In this document: one piece after another, positions 10,946 to 21,210 of the stretch
Layout: the number at the start of each line of letters is the position of its first letter
Position numbering within the stretch: position 1 is the first letter of the stretch
DNA from: Patescibacteria group bacterium
GTDB lineage: Bacteria > Patescibacteriota > Minisyncoccia > Portnoybacterales > GWB1-42-6
Assembly: GCA_022709865.1 (NCBI GenBank)
Contig: JAKLIA010000002.1
Span: 210,183 to 274,182, forward strand
Direction: 5' to 3'
Length of the DNA stretch: 64,000 nucleotides
Position numbers and translations under genes: made by a program
The notes under the pieces: model-generated
Seen by the model: the letters and a program-made list of their open reading frames with translations, nothing else
Told to the model about the DNA's origin: nothing
Database searches by the model: none

Positions 10946-11227
10946 TTATTCTAAAATTGTTTTAACTTTTATATGCCCGTCTTTAACCTCCGGCGCGTTA
11001 GCCAAAATCTTTGACCTATTCTCTTCGTGGCGCTTTATATTATCGTCCGGGCGCCAAATGCTATGCAACCCCGTTGATTGCGCTGTGGGCCCTACTCCCT
11101 CAACATCAACTTCTTTTAATTTATCGATAAAACCCAAAATCGCGCCTAATTCCTTGGCGAACTTTGCTTTTTCTTCTTCGGCTAGGCCGAGCCTAGCTAA
11201 CTTAGCAATATGGGAAACATCAAACAT
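10946..11227 (-). CDS. gatC: Amidotransferase subunit C
   Basis: 93 aa; MFDVSHIAKLARLGLAEEEKAKF is typical of the GatC N-terminus; located upstream of gatA. Confidence 0.8.
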   Translation of the reverse strand: MFDVSHIAKLARLGLAEEEKAKFAKELGAILGFIDKLKEVDVEGVGPTAQSTGLHSIWRPDDNIKRHEENRSKILANAPEVKDGHIKVKTILE

Positions 11228-11249
11228 AAATAATTTTGATTGCTTTATT

Positions 11250-12260
11250 CTATTTTACCTCTAAAACAACTTTTCCGCACTCTTTACTGCCAAAAAGCTC
11301 ATAAGCCTTATCAATATCAGATAAAGCAAACTGATGGGTTATGATCTTTTTAATATCGTTCCTTATTTTTTTGCTCTCTAATAATTTCATAAACTCCAGC
11401 ACTTCTTCGTGGGGATAGCCAAAACAGCCAAAGACAGCTAATTCCCGATACATCAAGCGCAAAGTGTCCAGCGGATATTTTTTCGGATTAATGCTCAGTA
11501 TAGCCAGCTTCCCTCCCCTCCTCAAAGAATGAAAAGCAGACTCCATTAATTCCAACGACCCGCTAGTCTCAAAAGCGCTATCACAAGTCCGCCTAATGCT
11601 TAAAAAATTGCTCGCTTCTATTATTTTAGCGCCAAAGATCTCTTGGGCCAGGCGTTGCCGATAAGCTCCTTTTTCCATAATAAAGATTTCTTTAACTCCG
11701 AAGTTTTTTAAAAGATAACCAAGCGTTAAACCGATAGGGCCAGCACCTAAAATTAAAACCCGGTTCATCTTCCCGCCAATCCTTTTTATTGCATGATAAG
11801 CAATGCTTATCGTATCACCCAATAACGCCCCCTCTTTAAAGCCTATATCGGGCGGCAAAGTAAAAAGAACGGTTTGCGGCGCCACTAGATATTCCGCATG
11901 CGAACCAGGCCGGCTTAAGCCAAAAATCCCTTGTTTATTACACCAATTGCTATGCCCGCCGCGGCAAAACTCACATTGGCCGCAAGCAATATGGGGCGAA
12001 CCAAAAACCCGGTCTCCCTTTTTAAAGTTTACTACTTTTTTCCCGACCGCTTCGATAATTCCGGTCCACTCATGGCCCAAAACGATTTGGCGTTTGTCGT
12101 AAACTTTATCCGCTAGATCACCAGCCATAATGTGCAAATCTGTGCCGCAAAGCGCTGATGCTTTGATTTTCACCAAAACCTCCCCTGCCGCCAATTCCGG
12201 CAAGCCCAGATCTCCTAAAGAAAACTTTTTCTTTTTAAAATTAAAAATTGTCGATATCAT
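11250..12260 (-). CDS. Zinc-dependent alcohol dehydrogenase family (MDR; threonine/sorbitol dehydrogenase-like)
   Basis: GHEWTGIIEAVG zinc signature, structural Zn cysteines CGQCEFCRGG, and Rossmann motif LGAGPIGL. Confidence 0.75.
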   Translation of the reverse strand: MISTIFNFKKKKFSLGDLGLPELAAGEVLVKIKASALCGTDLHIMAGDLADKVYDKRQIVLGHEWTGIIEAVGKKVVNFKKGDRVFGSPHIACGQCEFCRGGHSNWCNKQGIFGLSRPGSHAEYLVAPQTVLFTLPPDIGFKEGALLGDTISIAYHAIKRIGGKMNRVLILGAGPIGLTLGYLLKNFGVKEIFIMEKGAYRQRLAQEIFGAKIIEASNFLSIRRTCDSAFETSGSLELMESAFHSLRRGGKLAILSINPKKYPLDTLRLMYRELAVFGCFGYPHEEVLEFMKLLESKKIRNDIKKIITHQFALSDIDKAYELFGSKECGKVVLEVK

Positions 12261-12264
12261 TCTT

Positions 12265-12489
12265 CTATTTTAGATAATAATTTTTTGCCGGACTGTCTTC
12301 AGGCTGGCTAAAACCCGCGGGTTGCTCAAGGCTAGCTCCGTCAGAAAATTGCGCCTGGCCGTACGAAAGGATGTCTTCTACAAAATTGAAAGAAAAAGAA
12401 AAGACTACAAACAGCCAAAAAATAATTCGGCCAAAAATTATAGCCTTCTCTTTTAGTGATTTATTTTTTATTTCCATATTAAATGCCAA
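12265..12489 (-). CDS. Small hypothetical membrane protein
   Basis: 74 aa with one TM segment; overlaps the upstream gene start by ~20 nt; weak support. Confidence 0.2.
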   Translation of the reverse strand: MAFNMEIKNKSLKEKAIIFGRIIFWLFVVFSFSFNFVEDILSYGQAQFSDGASLEQPAGFSQPEDSPAKNYYLK

Positions 12490-14135
12490 AGCGGTTGCTC
12501 AGTAAATAAAATGACCAAAGCGGCAAAAACACCGCAAAGTACTATCGCCTGCCACTCTTTAAAGCTCTTTTTATTGATTAACCAAAAGCCCACCAGGGGC
12601 ATTAATAAGAATATCGGAATTGAAAAACCAGGAATATCAGGGTAAAAAAACGGCACCGCCAAGAAGGCAGCAGCCAGACAAAAACCGCAAGCTAATTTTC
12701 CGCCAACTTCGCCAAAAATAACCGGCAGAGTCCAAACTTCTTCTTTTTTGTCTCCTTCCCTGTCTTTAATATGGATAAAGTTCATCCCTAGGGTGAAAAA
12801 GACTAGCAAGAACAGAATCGTCCTAGCCGGAAAATCAAAAATAGTTTTATCAGAAAAAAGCAAAAAGCCGCCCAACACCCCCAAGGTTACGCCGCTAGCA
12901 ATACAAAAAGTCGAAATGAACGGATATTTTTTTAAGCGGAAAGGATAATTAGAATAAATATATGAGATAGCCGAACGGATCAAAATAGTTATAAAAAACG
13001 CATAGCCAGCCATCAACGCACAAATATATGAGGCGACCCGAAAGATCAGATTAAGGCTTTTCACCTCGCTGTGGCTAAGCTGGCCAGAGGGCAATGGCCG
13101 ATAGGCTTTGGATATTCTGTCTCCCCCTTCGTCCGCTAAGTCATTTGAACCGACAGCAAAAAGCCAAGAAAAAAATATTGCCAAACTTGCTATAATGATC
13201 AACAAAATATCAAAAAAATTAAATCCGTTAGGCCCGGCTAAATATATCCCGTAATAAAAAGCTCCTAAATACAAAGCCAAGCGCTCCGGCCGAACATTTT
13301 TAGCCAGCGCTAAAAGCTTATTTTTGTCATAACGCCAAAACCAAATAGCCGCGAAAATAACTATGAACAAAAAGTATAACGAAAAAAGGATGAAGTTCCA
13401 AGAAAAGTCAGGGTTTATTTTAGAAACATTGTGAAATGAAGACGATTCGTTCGGCAATCCCAGCCAAGCCGTTATCAGATAAGGAAAAAACTCTGCGACA
13501 AACATAATGGCTCGCGCTATTAATAAAAACAATATAGACCTCCAAATATTTTTTGTTTTTAAAAAGACATAGAACATCGCTCCCAATATAACCAAGCCGA
13601 CCTCTATTCTCACCCCAAAACTATGGGAAAACAGCGAATTAAAAGCTTCTGCGTTTCCCCAGCCCCAAAATTGGTTAGCAAAACGCAATAAACCATTCGG
13701 GGCAAAAAAAATAAAATTATAACAGCCAATCAAAATATCACTTAAACCAGAAAAAGGCAGCTCAGAATATCTCACGGCAATATCTTTGCCTCGGGAAAAA
13801 ACGAGGTCAAAAACCGGAGCAGCCAAAATCCAAGGCGCCAGCCACAACGAAGCCTTGCTTACTTTTTCAATTCGCTGCCCCGTTAAAAAATGAGAAATCA
13901 AAATAAAAGCCCCAAAAATAAACAGATACGAAGCAACCGAGTGCAAAAAGAAAAAAGACCAGCTTTGGGGGCTTAAAAAATTAAAACCGGAAGAAAACGC
14001 CTCCAAAAAGTTTCTAATAAAAACAATAAAGATAAAGGTTATGAACCAAGCGCCAAAACCTATTGATTCGTTCTCTGCTTTTTCGATAAAAGAAAGCAAC
14101 AGAGACCAGGACTTTTTCAATAGCGATAACATCAT
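12468..14135 (-). CDS. Membrane protein fusion: N-terminal unknown polytopic domain plus C-terminal UbiA-family prenyltransferase
   Basis: The C-terminal half has UbiA motifs NDLADEGGDRISKAYRPLPSG (NDxxDxxxD...RPLPSG) and a second Asp-rich IKDREGD. The N-terminal ~270 aa contain multiple TM helices and no known motif. Confidence 0.65.
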   Translation of the reverse strand: MMLSLLKKSWSLLLSFIEKAENESIGFGAWFITFIFIVFIRNFLEAFSSGFNFLSPQSWSFFFLHSVASYLFIFGAFILISHFLTGQRIEKVSKASLWLAPWILAAPVFDLVFSRGKDIAVRYSELPFSGLSDILIGCYNFIFFAPNGLLRFANQFWGWGNAEAFNSLFSHSFGVRIEVGLVILGAMFYVFLKTKNIWRSILFLLIARAIMFVAEFFPYLITAWLGLPNESSSFHNVSKINPDFSWNFILFSLYFLFIVIFAAIWFWRYDKNKLLALAKNVRPERLALYLGAFYYGIYLAGPNGFNFFDILLIIIASLAIFFSWLFAVGSNDLADEGGDRISKAYRPLPSGQLSHSEVKSLNLIFRVASYICALMAGYAFFITILIRSAISYIYSNYPFRLKKYPFISTFCIASGVTLGVLGGFLLFSDKTIFDFPARTILFLLVFFTLGMNFIHIKDREGDKKEEVWTLPVIFGEVGGKLACGFCLAAAFLAVPFFYPDIPGFSIPIFLLMPLVGFWLINKKSFKEWQAIVLCGVFAALVILFTEQPLWHLIWK

Positions 14136-14199
14136 TATAAAAAATTAATTTATTATCAAAATTATTGTCTTGTTTAGTATAACTATACCGAAAAATAGG

Positions 14200-15330
14200 T
14201 TATTTTTCCATAATAAACCTCTCAGCTGCGCTGGCCAAAGCCGAGCACCTTCCCTTAGGAGATTTAAACCTTGCGTTAAATCGGCTAAATATTTCTTCCA
14301 AGCTTGATTCCCTTATATTTCCAACCGGATAAGACCAAAAAGCGCAAGGACAGAGATTGCCAATGGCATCCAAATAAAAATTGCCCAAACCGCCCATACA
14401 GCCCACTAATTTATCTTCTAATTCAAAAAAGCTTGAGCACTTTATCTTCCTGCGGCTATGATTAACCTGCTTAGCCAATTCATAAAATCTTTGTTTTTCA
14501 GCTGCCGATAAGCCAACAGCATATTCGGCTGAAAAATAAGCGCCGGAAGGCTTAGGCTCTAAAAACTGCAACTCATGGACGCCAAGGCCTTCAAGCAGAT
14601 CAACAAACTTAAAAAATATTTCTGGCGAGTTTATCATTTTCCGGCTTAAAACAGTTTCAACGATAACGCAAAAGCCAACCTCTAAAGAGTTTTTTATGGC
14701 CTCAACGGCATCATTAAAAGCTCCTCGGCGATTTTTACCCCTATCATTTGTTTCTTCGTCGCCAAAATCAAGGCCTATTTTCATCAGCATTAACTTGCTT
14801 GCCTCCCTTAACTCTTTTGCTTTTTGCAGAGAAAGACCATACCCGGAAGTGCAAAGGGCAATAAAAAGATCTTTTTTATTTATTTCTGAAATGATTTCTG
14901 GCAAATCCGAACGCAAAAGCGGTTCCCCTCCGGTTAAACCAACCTTGGAGATCCCTTTGCTTTTAAAAAACTCCACTGTTTTTATTATCTCTTCGAGGCT
15001 AGTCTCCTTGCCCTTAGGCGCGCTTTTATTGGAACAAAACTCGCAATTATTTGGACAATCATTAGTCACACATATTCCTAAATATTCAGGGGTATATTTT
15101 TTATTAAAAAAGTTTTCAATCCATTTCAGATAGAAATTAAAGGGCCGGGATAATAAAGGAGGAATAAAGGTTGAAAAAAAATATTGGTCGCCAACCAAGA
15201 TCGTTTTCTCCTTTAAAGCCAGCTTGAATAGCTTCCATTTAATAACCGGCGACAATCTTAAGACTTCCCAGCGGCAAAGAGTCTTAATTAATATAATAAT
15301 CTTTTTTAACCAGATTCTAAGGCTTTTCAT
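14200..15330 (-). CDS. Radical SAM / SPASM-domain protein
   Basis: CPNNCEFC (CxxxCxxC), GGEPLL, and a C-terminal SPASM signature GCMGGLGNFYLDAIGNLCPC; a ~90 aa N-terminal extension is shared with the next paralog. Confidence 0.75.
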   Translation of the reverse strand: MKSLRIWLKKIIILIKTLCRWEVLRLSPVIKWKLFKLALKEKTILVGDQYFFSTFIPPLLSRPFNFYLKWIENFFNKKYTPEYLGICVTNDCPNNCEFCSNKSAPKGKETSLEEIIKTVEFFKSKGISKVGLTGGEPLLRSDLPEIISEINKKDLFIALCTSGYGLSLQKAKELREASKLMLMKIGLDFGDEETNDRGKNRRGAFNDAVEAIKNSLEVGFCVIVETVLSRKMINSPEIFFKFVDLLEGLGVHELQFLEPKPSGAYFSAEYAVGLSAAEKQRFYELAKQVNHSRRKIKCSSFFELEDKLVGCMGGLGNFYLDAIGNLCPCAFWSYPVGNIRESSLEEIFSRFNARFKSPKGRCSALASAAERFIMEK

Positions 15331-16548
15331 CTATTTTTTAATTTCTTTATAAATATCCGGCAATTCCGAAAAATCTAATTTGCTTAAAATCTTGCCGGCT
15401 TCGTCTTTTAAAATTGGCAGTTGGCCCGCATAAGCTCGGCTGACTTCTTTAGCGCAAAAGATCGAAGTGCAAACTTTCATGGGCTGCTTAAACACCTTCT
15501 TGAATCTGGCGTAAATATCTTCCAGTCTTTCCTCTTTTACGTTGCCCAAGAATAACGGCGCCAAAGGGCATGGGGTCATCTCTCCGCCCGTTCCAAGATA
15601 AAACTGCGTCAACCCGGCATTACAGCCAAAAAGCTTGGCGCTTTCAAAATAATTCAAAGAGAAAAAACGCAAACCGGAAAAACGCCTATCTTTATTTATT
15701 TTTATATGCAACCGGCAAAGTTCCTCCCGATCTTTATCGCTAAAAAGAATATCTTCTCCCGCGTTATAAAGATTGCCTGAGGGTTTGGGCTCATAGACCA
15801 TAACCTCATTTGCGCCAAGAGACTTAATAAAATCTAAATATTTAACCATTTCCGGCCAACTATAAAGCATCTTTTTCGTCATGACCATCACCGAACAAAC
15901 ATACAGGCCAGCCTCCTTGCCTATTTTTATCGCCTGAACCGCTGTTTTAAAGGCCCCTGAAAATCCTACTGTGCCATCAACCACCTTCTCGTCGTAGTGG
16001 TCCAAGCTCACCTGCAAAGACTCTAGACCCGCCTCTTTCAATTTCTCAGCCCGCTCCAGCGTTAGACCATAACCATTGGTATCTAAATGAACAGCGCAAT
16101 GCTTAGCTCCTTCCCTAACAATCTCTTCCAGGTCCGGGCGCAATAATGGTTCGCCGCCAACAATAAAAATGCCGAATATTCCCTTCGCCTGAAAAAAACT
16201 TATTACTTCTTTGATCTTTTCTAGCGATAGATTCTCTTCGGCTTTATTTTTTTTGTTATAACAATAAAAACAATTTCCGGGGCATTGGTTAGTAGCCGAA
16301 ATTATTAAAGCTTGCGGGTCATAAATACCTTGCTCCATTTTTTTAAAAAGCCTCAGCATCCGATCACTAGCCTCAGAAGGGCAAGCCGGCAAATATGAAT
16401 TGCTATAAATCTTTCCCCGAAACTTTAAAACTCGCTCATGGCGAGTAATTTTAGCGATCTGCCAGATAGTTTTTGGCGACAGGCGCCAAAAATCCGGGCT
16501 CCGCCAAAAATGCAACAGATACAATTGGCTTTTTATAAACTCCAGCAT
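15331..16548 (-). CDS. Radical SAM / SPASM-domain protein (paralog of 14200..15330)
   Basis: CPGNCFYC, GGEPLLRPDLEE, and C-terminal GCNAGLTQFYLGTGGEMTPC plus VCTSIFC. The ORF extends to 16659 but overlaps the upstream gene, so the start is probably an internal Met (about 16548, or alternatively 16359). Confidence 0.7.
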   Translation of the reverse strand: MLEFIKSQLYLLHFWRSPDFWRLSPKTIWQIAKITRHERVLKFRGKIYSNSYLPACPSEASDRMLRLFKKMEQGIYDPQALIISATNQCPGNCFYCYNKKNKAEENLSLEKIKEVISFFQAKGIFGIFIVGGEPLLRPDLEEIVREGAKHCAVHLDTNGYGLTLERAEKLKEAGLESLQVSLDHYDEKVVDGTVGFSGAFKTAVQAIKIGKEAGLYVCSVMVMTKKMLYSWPEMVKYLDFIKSLGANEVMVYEPKPSGNLYNAGEDILFSDKDREELCRLHIKINKDRRFSGLRFFSLNYFESAKLFGCNAGLTQFYLGTGGEMTPCPLAPLFLGNVKEERLEDIYARFKKVFKQPMKVCTSIFCAKEVSRAYAGQLPILKDEAGKILSKLDFSELPDIYKEIKK

Positions 16549-16576
16549 TAAAAGTATAAAATATTTTAGGCTTTTC

Positions 16577-17674
16577 TTATTTTTTTCTCTCAAGCATAAA
16601 GCCTGCCAAATCGCAGAAAAACTTTTTTGCTTCGCTCTCAAAAGCTGGCTGGGCAGCATCCAAATATTTTATGGCTCTCTTAAGCCGCGTTTGTGCATCT
16701 TGCCGGCAATAATCAAGGCTGCCAAGCTTCTTAAAAAGGTTAATAACTGCTCCAATTTCTTTAGCCGAAGCTTTTTCTTTGCCCAGAACAGATAAGATCT
16801 GCTGGCGCTGGCTGGAGTTAGCTTTTTTCAAAGCATGTATGACCAATAATGTCTTTTTGCCTTTGCGGATATCAGAACCAATACCTCGCCCTTTGCCGCC
16901 GTCAGAATCAATATCCAAAATATCGTCCTGCATTTGAAAAACAATTGCCGCTTCTTCAATATAAGCGTCTAGCGCCCGTTTTTGGGATTCGGTCGCATCT
17001 CCCAAAATTGCCCCCCAGGCCATAGCTGATTTGAAAAGCTGGCCGGTCTTGCACAAAACCATATTATAATAATCCTGCTCACTGACAATTTCATCCTGCT
17101 CAAAATGCAGGTCCATCGCCTGTCCGGTATTGTCAAAAATGGAAACTAATTGATGAAGATTCATGCCAGCCACTTTTTTAGCCTCGGATATATTCGACTC
17201 TAAAATCGGGAAGCTGCTGATGGTGTGCAAATATTTACCGTTAATGATTCCAGCAACCGCCCCAAAGCGCGAAGCAAAGTTTTTATACAGCTTATTTTCG
17301 GCAATTTTATTGAACTTGTCCTTTTTAAACTGCTGCTCAAATAAAATATGGACCGAGGCTTTTCCGCGCCGCTTATCATCTTCATCATAAATATCGTCGT
17401 GAATCAAAGTGTAGTTGTGATAAAGCTCAAAAGCTAAAGCCGGTTCAACAACCTTCTTCTCATCTTTCCCCCCAACCGCCCGATAAGCCATCAGCGTTAA
17501 GATCGGTCTTAACCGCTTGCCATCGCCCAGGCAATATTCCCGAAAGATCCGATATTGGTCCAGAATAAAAGAGTTTTTAAAGTTAGGCAGACCTTTTATA
17601 GTTTTGCGCAAATAACGGTCCATCTCTTTGTTGATGATCTTCTGGTATTTTTTTATAGTTTTTTCAAAATCCAT
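16577..17674 (-). CDS. Polyprenyl diphosphate synthase (trans-isoprenyl diphosphate synthase, GGPPS/IspB-like)
   Basis: First DDxxD in LIHDDIYDEDDKRRG and second Asp-rich motif FQMQDDILD; 365 aa. Confidence 0.85.
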   Translation of the reverse strand: MDFEKTIKKYQKIINKEMDRYLRKTIKGLPNFKNSFILDQYRIFREYCLGDGKRLRPILTLMAYRAVGGKDEKKVVEPALAFELYHNYTLIHDDIYDEDDKRRGKASVHILFEQQFKKDKFNKIAENKLYKNFASRFGAVAGIINGKYLHTISSFPILESNISEAKKVAGMNLHQLVSIFDNTGQAMDLHFEQDEIVSEQDYYNMVLCKTGQLFKSAMAWGAILGDATESQKRALDAYIEEAAIVFQMQDDILDIDSDGGKGRGIGSDIRKGKKTLLVIHALKKANSSQRQQILSVLGKEKASAKEIGAVINLFKKLGSLDYCRQDAQTRLKRAIKYLDAAQPAFESEAKKFFCDLAGFMLERKK

Positions 17675-17698
17675 TGAAGTTTCTTTTCTGCGATAACT

Positions 17699-19789
17699 TT
17701 ATTTTATTAATTCCTTGAACTCCTCTTCGCTGATTATTTTTACGCCCAGCTTTTTAGCCTTGTCGTATTTTGACCCCGGCGCTTCGCCGGCAACAACCAA
17801 ACTTGTCTTAGCAGAAACCGAAGAAGAAACATCTCCTCCATGCTCACGAATAATTTCTTTAGCTTGATCGCGGCTAAAGCTAGCCAATTCTCCCGTCAAA
17901 ACAAAGGTCATCTCCTTAAAAATCTGTTTTTTCTTAGCTATATTAGGTTTCTCAATCTTAACAGCTTTTAAAAGCCTGGCAAGCAATTTTTTATTTTTAG
18001 TTTCGGCAAACCAGCTAACGAGGCTTTGCGCCACAACTGAGCCGATATTGTCGATATTGGCTAAATCCTCCTGTTTCGCTTGGGATAATTTTTCTATGCT
18101 GCCAAAATGATTTGCCAAGTCCCGCGCAGTTTCTTCTCCCACATGCAAAACGCCCAGCGCATTAATAAAACGCGCTAAAGGCACCTGCCGGCTTTGGCTT
18201 ATTGATTCAATAACATTTTTAGCTGACTTATCCGCAAACCTAGCCAGCGGCGTTAGATCCCCTTCTGTTAAATCGTATATATCAGCCGCATCGCGGATCA
18301 GCCCTTCCTGCAATAGCTGCTCTATTATTTTTGGGCCCAAACCATCAATATTCATCGCGGGCTTGGAAACAAAATGCGATAAGGCTCGGCGATTAACCGC
18401 AAAACAATTTTTATTTGCACAAAAATAACCCGCGCTTTTGGCTTCCTGGCCAGAACCGATCAGCCTTTTTTCAACCGCTCCTCCGCACATCGGGCAGAGC
18501 CTGGGCATAAGAAAATCCTTTTCTTGCCCCGTGCGCATTTTGGAAAAAACCCGCAAAATATCCGGGATAACATCCCCGGCCCGCTGCACAACGACTGTAT
18601 CGCCAATTTTTAACCCCAACCGCTTTATTTCGTCTTCGTTATGAAGCGTGGCGCGCGAAACAATCACCCCGCCCACGCTCACCGGCCTAAGCACCGCTAC
18701 CGGTGTTAAGATTCCCGTCCTGCCAATTTGCAAAATTATATCTTCAACCACCGTTGTTGCCTCTTCGCCGGAAAACTTATAGGCCTGCATCCAGCGCGGC
18801 GCTTTGCCCACGACTCCAAGCTTTGAATGCAGCGCTTTATCATCGATTGCCACCACCACCCCATCGCAGCCAAAAGGCAATTTATCGCGATGTCCCGCCC
18901 AATAACTATGGAACTTTATTACCTCCTGGATATCACTGCAAAAATGCGCGTATTTTTTATTGTCATCGGTAAAAGTTGGAAAACCCATTGCCCGCATAAC
19001 CAAGTGTTCTTGTTCGTGCCTATTAAGCCCCAAATCCGCCATTAAAGCATAAGCATAGAAGCTCAAACGGCGCTGGGCGGTTATTTTAGGGTCCAGCTGC
19101 CTTAAAGAGCCAGCCGCGCCGTTGCGGGAATTAGCTAATAAGGCTCGGCCGGCTTTTTTATATTTTTTATTCAGCTCATTAAATACTTTCTGCGTCATTA
19201 TCGCCTCTCCGCGCACCTCGATCTGGCCGCCGCTAACCGCGGCAATAATATTTTTTACCTGCTGGCTACTTAAACCTATTCCGGCTAATTCCTTTTCTTC
19301 CGGACAGCGCAAAAGCAGCGGAATCGATTGGATCGTCCTTAAGTTCTGGGTAATATCTTCCCCGACTTTTCCGTCGCCTCGCGTGGCGCCGCGAAATAAT
19401 GTGCCGCTTTTGTAGACCAACGACACTGCCAAACCGTCTAATTTTAGTTCGCAAAAATAGTCAAACTTAGCATGCGGCGCGATTTTTTGCACGCGCTCTT
19501 CCCAGGCCTTAATTTCTTCTTCGCCAAAAGCGTCGTTCAACGAAAGCATGGGCTCTTCGTGCTGGACTTTCTTAAACTTATCCAGCGGTTCCCCGCCGAC
19601 CCGCTGAGTCGGCGAATCCGCCGTTACAAGATCTGGCCACTGAAGCTCCAGCTCCTCTAACTCATTCTTTAAGGAATCAAAAGCCGCATCAGAAATATCA
19701 AGTTTATCTAAAACATGGTATTGGTAGCGATGGTAATTGATCTCTTTCTTTAAAATATCTATTCGTTTTTTTGCTTCTTCCTTATTCAT
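17699..19789 (-). CDS. ligA: NAD-dependent DNA ligase
   Basis: ELKLDG adenylation motif, Zn-finger cysteines (CPMCGG...C), HhH repeats and a C-terminal BRCT domain; 696 aa. Confidence 0.9.
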   Translation of the reverse strand: MNKEEAKKRIDILKKEINYHRYQYHVLDKLDISDAAFDSLKNELEELELQWPDLVTADSPTQRVGGEPLDKFKKVQHEEPMLSLNDAFGEEEIKAWEERVQKIAPHAKFDYFCELKLDGLAVSLVYKSGTLFRGATRGDGKVGEDITQNLRTIQSIPLLLRCPEEKELAGIGLSSQQVKNIIAAVSGGQIEVRGEAIMTQKVFNELNKKYKKAGRALLANSRNGAAGSLRQLDPKITAQRRLSFYAYALMADLGLNRHEQEHLVMRAMGFPTFTDDNKKYAHFCSDIQEVIKFHSYWAGHRDKLPFGCDGVVVAIDDKALHSKLGVVGKAPRWMQAYKFSGEEATTVVEDIILQIGRTGILTPVAVLRPVSVGGVIVSRATLHNEDEIKRLGLKIGDTVVVQRAGDVIPDILRVFSKMRTGQEKDFLMPRLCPMCGGAVEKRLIGSGQEAKSAGYFCANKNCFAVNRRALSHFVSKPAMNIDGLGPKIIEQLLQEGLIRDAADIYDLTEGDLTPLARFADKSAKNVIESISQSRQVPLARFINALGVLHVGEETARDLANHFGSIEKLSQAKQEDLANIDNIGSVVAQSLVSWFAETKNKKLLARLLKAVKIEKPNIAKKKQIFKEMTFVLTGELASFSRDQAKEIIREHGGDVSSSVSAKTSLVVAGEAPGSKYDKAKKLGVKIISEEEFKELIK

Positions 19790-19793
19790 AGGC

Positions 19794-20153
19794 TTACCAA
19801 GTCAGTTCCATTTGTCTTTTAGTGTTGCCGTAGATCCCCCAAGAAATAATTTTACCGCTGGCTGCGCGAGTCGCTGAAAACTGCGCGCCATTAGTTAAGG
19901 CCCCGGTAATTACGCCCCCAACAGTGGCGCATTCGCCGCTCTCCAACCGAGACTGATATAAACACTTTTCCGCGCCGGCATCAGCCGCGTAAAAAGCGGG
20001 TATGGAATTGACCAAGTCGTCTACCATTTTCACTTCATACATTATGATGGTGGCTGTTGTAAGAGCGATCAACAAGATAACGTTCATTACGAACATAGCC
20101 AATAAAATGGTTGTTGCCCCCCTTTGTTTTGTTTGTCTTGTTAGCTTTATCAT
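19794..20153 (-). CDS. PilX-like minor pilus assembly protein
   Basis: N-terminus RGATTILLAMFVMNVILLIALTTAT resembles a PilX N-domain; last gene of the minor-pilin operon. Confidence 0.45.
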   Translation of the reverse strand: MIKLTRQTKQRGATTILLAMFVMNVILLIALTTATIIMYEVKMVDDLVNSIPAFYAADAGAEKCLYQSRLESGECATVGGVITGALTNGAQFSATRAASGKIISWGIYGNTKRQMELTW

Positions 20154-20163
20154 CGCTGGTTTT

Positions 20164-20661
20164 TTATTGGGAATACTCTCTGGAGGAAACGGTGGTTTGC
20201 AAATGGATAACAGCCTGCTCTCCTGCTAAAGCCTCTTTATTGGTTATGGTCATAATAATTGTTACCCGAGGCGGCATAAAAAGAGTTCCGCTGCCCTCTT
20301 GCACATAAAAAGACCCTGTCATATCCACTTTGCTGGGCGTTAAGCACCCGGTAGAGTCACACTCTTGGTTAAATGAATACCTAACACTTTCCCCTTTGCT
20401 GTTGATAATATTGATAGCGGTGAATGGCCCGCCGGCAGGAGTCTCTATTTGGCTCATTCTTAATTCTTTGGATATCGATTCCAAAACAAAGCGGCCAGAA
20501 TCTAAAATGCCCTGCTGATTAAACACTTTTCTAGTGGCGCTTAAACTTATTAAAAAAATATCAACCACGCTTACCGCCACCACAGAAAAAATAGTCATCG
20601 CCACCAAAAGTTCGATTAGAGTGAAACCCGCGCTTTGGCTCTTTCTATTTTTAGGATCCAT
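20164..20661 (-). CDS. Type IV minor pilin / pseudopilin (prepilin-type N-terminal cleavage/methylation domain)
   Basis: Leader MDPKNRKSQSAG|FTLIELLVAMTIF. The ORF extends to 20772, but the start at the Met preceding the class III signal peptide is preferred. Confidence 0.7.
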   Translation of the reverse strand: MDPKNRKSQSAGFTLIELLVAMTIFSVVAVSVVDIFLISLSATRKVFNQQGILDSGRFVLESISKELRMSQIETPAGGPFTAINIINSKGESVRYSFNQECDSTGCLTPSKVDMTGSFYVQEGSGTLFMPPRVTIIMTITNKEALAGEQAVIHLQTTVSSREYSQ

Positions 20662-20677
20662 AGATTTATAATTTAAG

Positions 20678-21196
20678 CTATCGCCAATTCCATAAACGAT
20701 CCTCGGCCAGCAAACTGAAGTTTTTGTTTTTCTCTGTCCAAGAGACGGTGCAAACAACCCGGACTTCCACATCAGAGATCTTCGTCAAGGTTATTTTTCT
20801 TTTGTAAGCAGCCTTGGTGGCCACTCCCAAGTCATAGCTATAGAGCCCGGTGGCCTCATCGAATTTTAAAGGCTGGTCAGCAAAAGGCCGTAAAGATAAA
20901 TCGTTATATTGCACTATAAAATCATTAGTGCCGGAAATATTCCCATACCAGGAATCCCAACTAGCCGTGTTGTATGTTAAATCCCTGACGCTTTTTACTA
21001 ATTCAATTCCCTCTTGGGCTAAATTAGCCGCCACTAAGCGCGAAACGCCAAAAGAGCCGGAAGCCAAAGACTGATTTATCAGCATCATAACCCCAATCAA
21101 GCTAACCACAATTAAAAAGACGCCTATCATAACTTCCAATAGCGAAAAACCGCTTTCTTTTTTGTTAATAATGGTTTGCTGGTATTTGGACAGCAT
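20678..21196 (-). CDS. Type IV minor pilin (PilV/PilW-like)
   Basis: Class III signal peptide MLSKYQQTIINKKESG|FSLLEVMIGVFLIV. Confidence 0.7.
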   Translation of the reverse strand: MLSKYQQTIINKKESGFSLLEVMIGVFLIVVSLIGVMMLINQSLASGSFGVSRLVAANLAQEGIELVKSVRDLTYNTASWDSWYGNISGTNDFIVQYNDLSLRPFADQPLKFDEATGLYSYDLGVATKAAYKRKITLTKISDVEVRVVCTVSWTEKNKNFSLLAEDRLWNWR

Positions 21197-21210
21197 AAAA
21201 AAATAATCTG

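Noticed and set aside
12468-17674. Menaquinone (futalosine) pathway interpretation of radical SAM + UbiA + polyprenyl synthase
   Set aside because: The radical SAM proteins carry SPASM signatures (C.AG....DG.V.PC) and GGEPLL. They lack MqnC/MqnE-type CofH-like motifs, and no MqnA, MqnB or MqnD genes are nearby.
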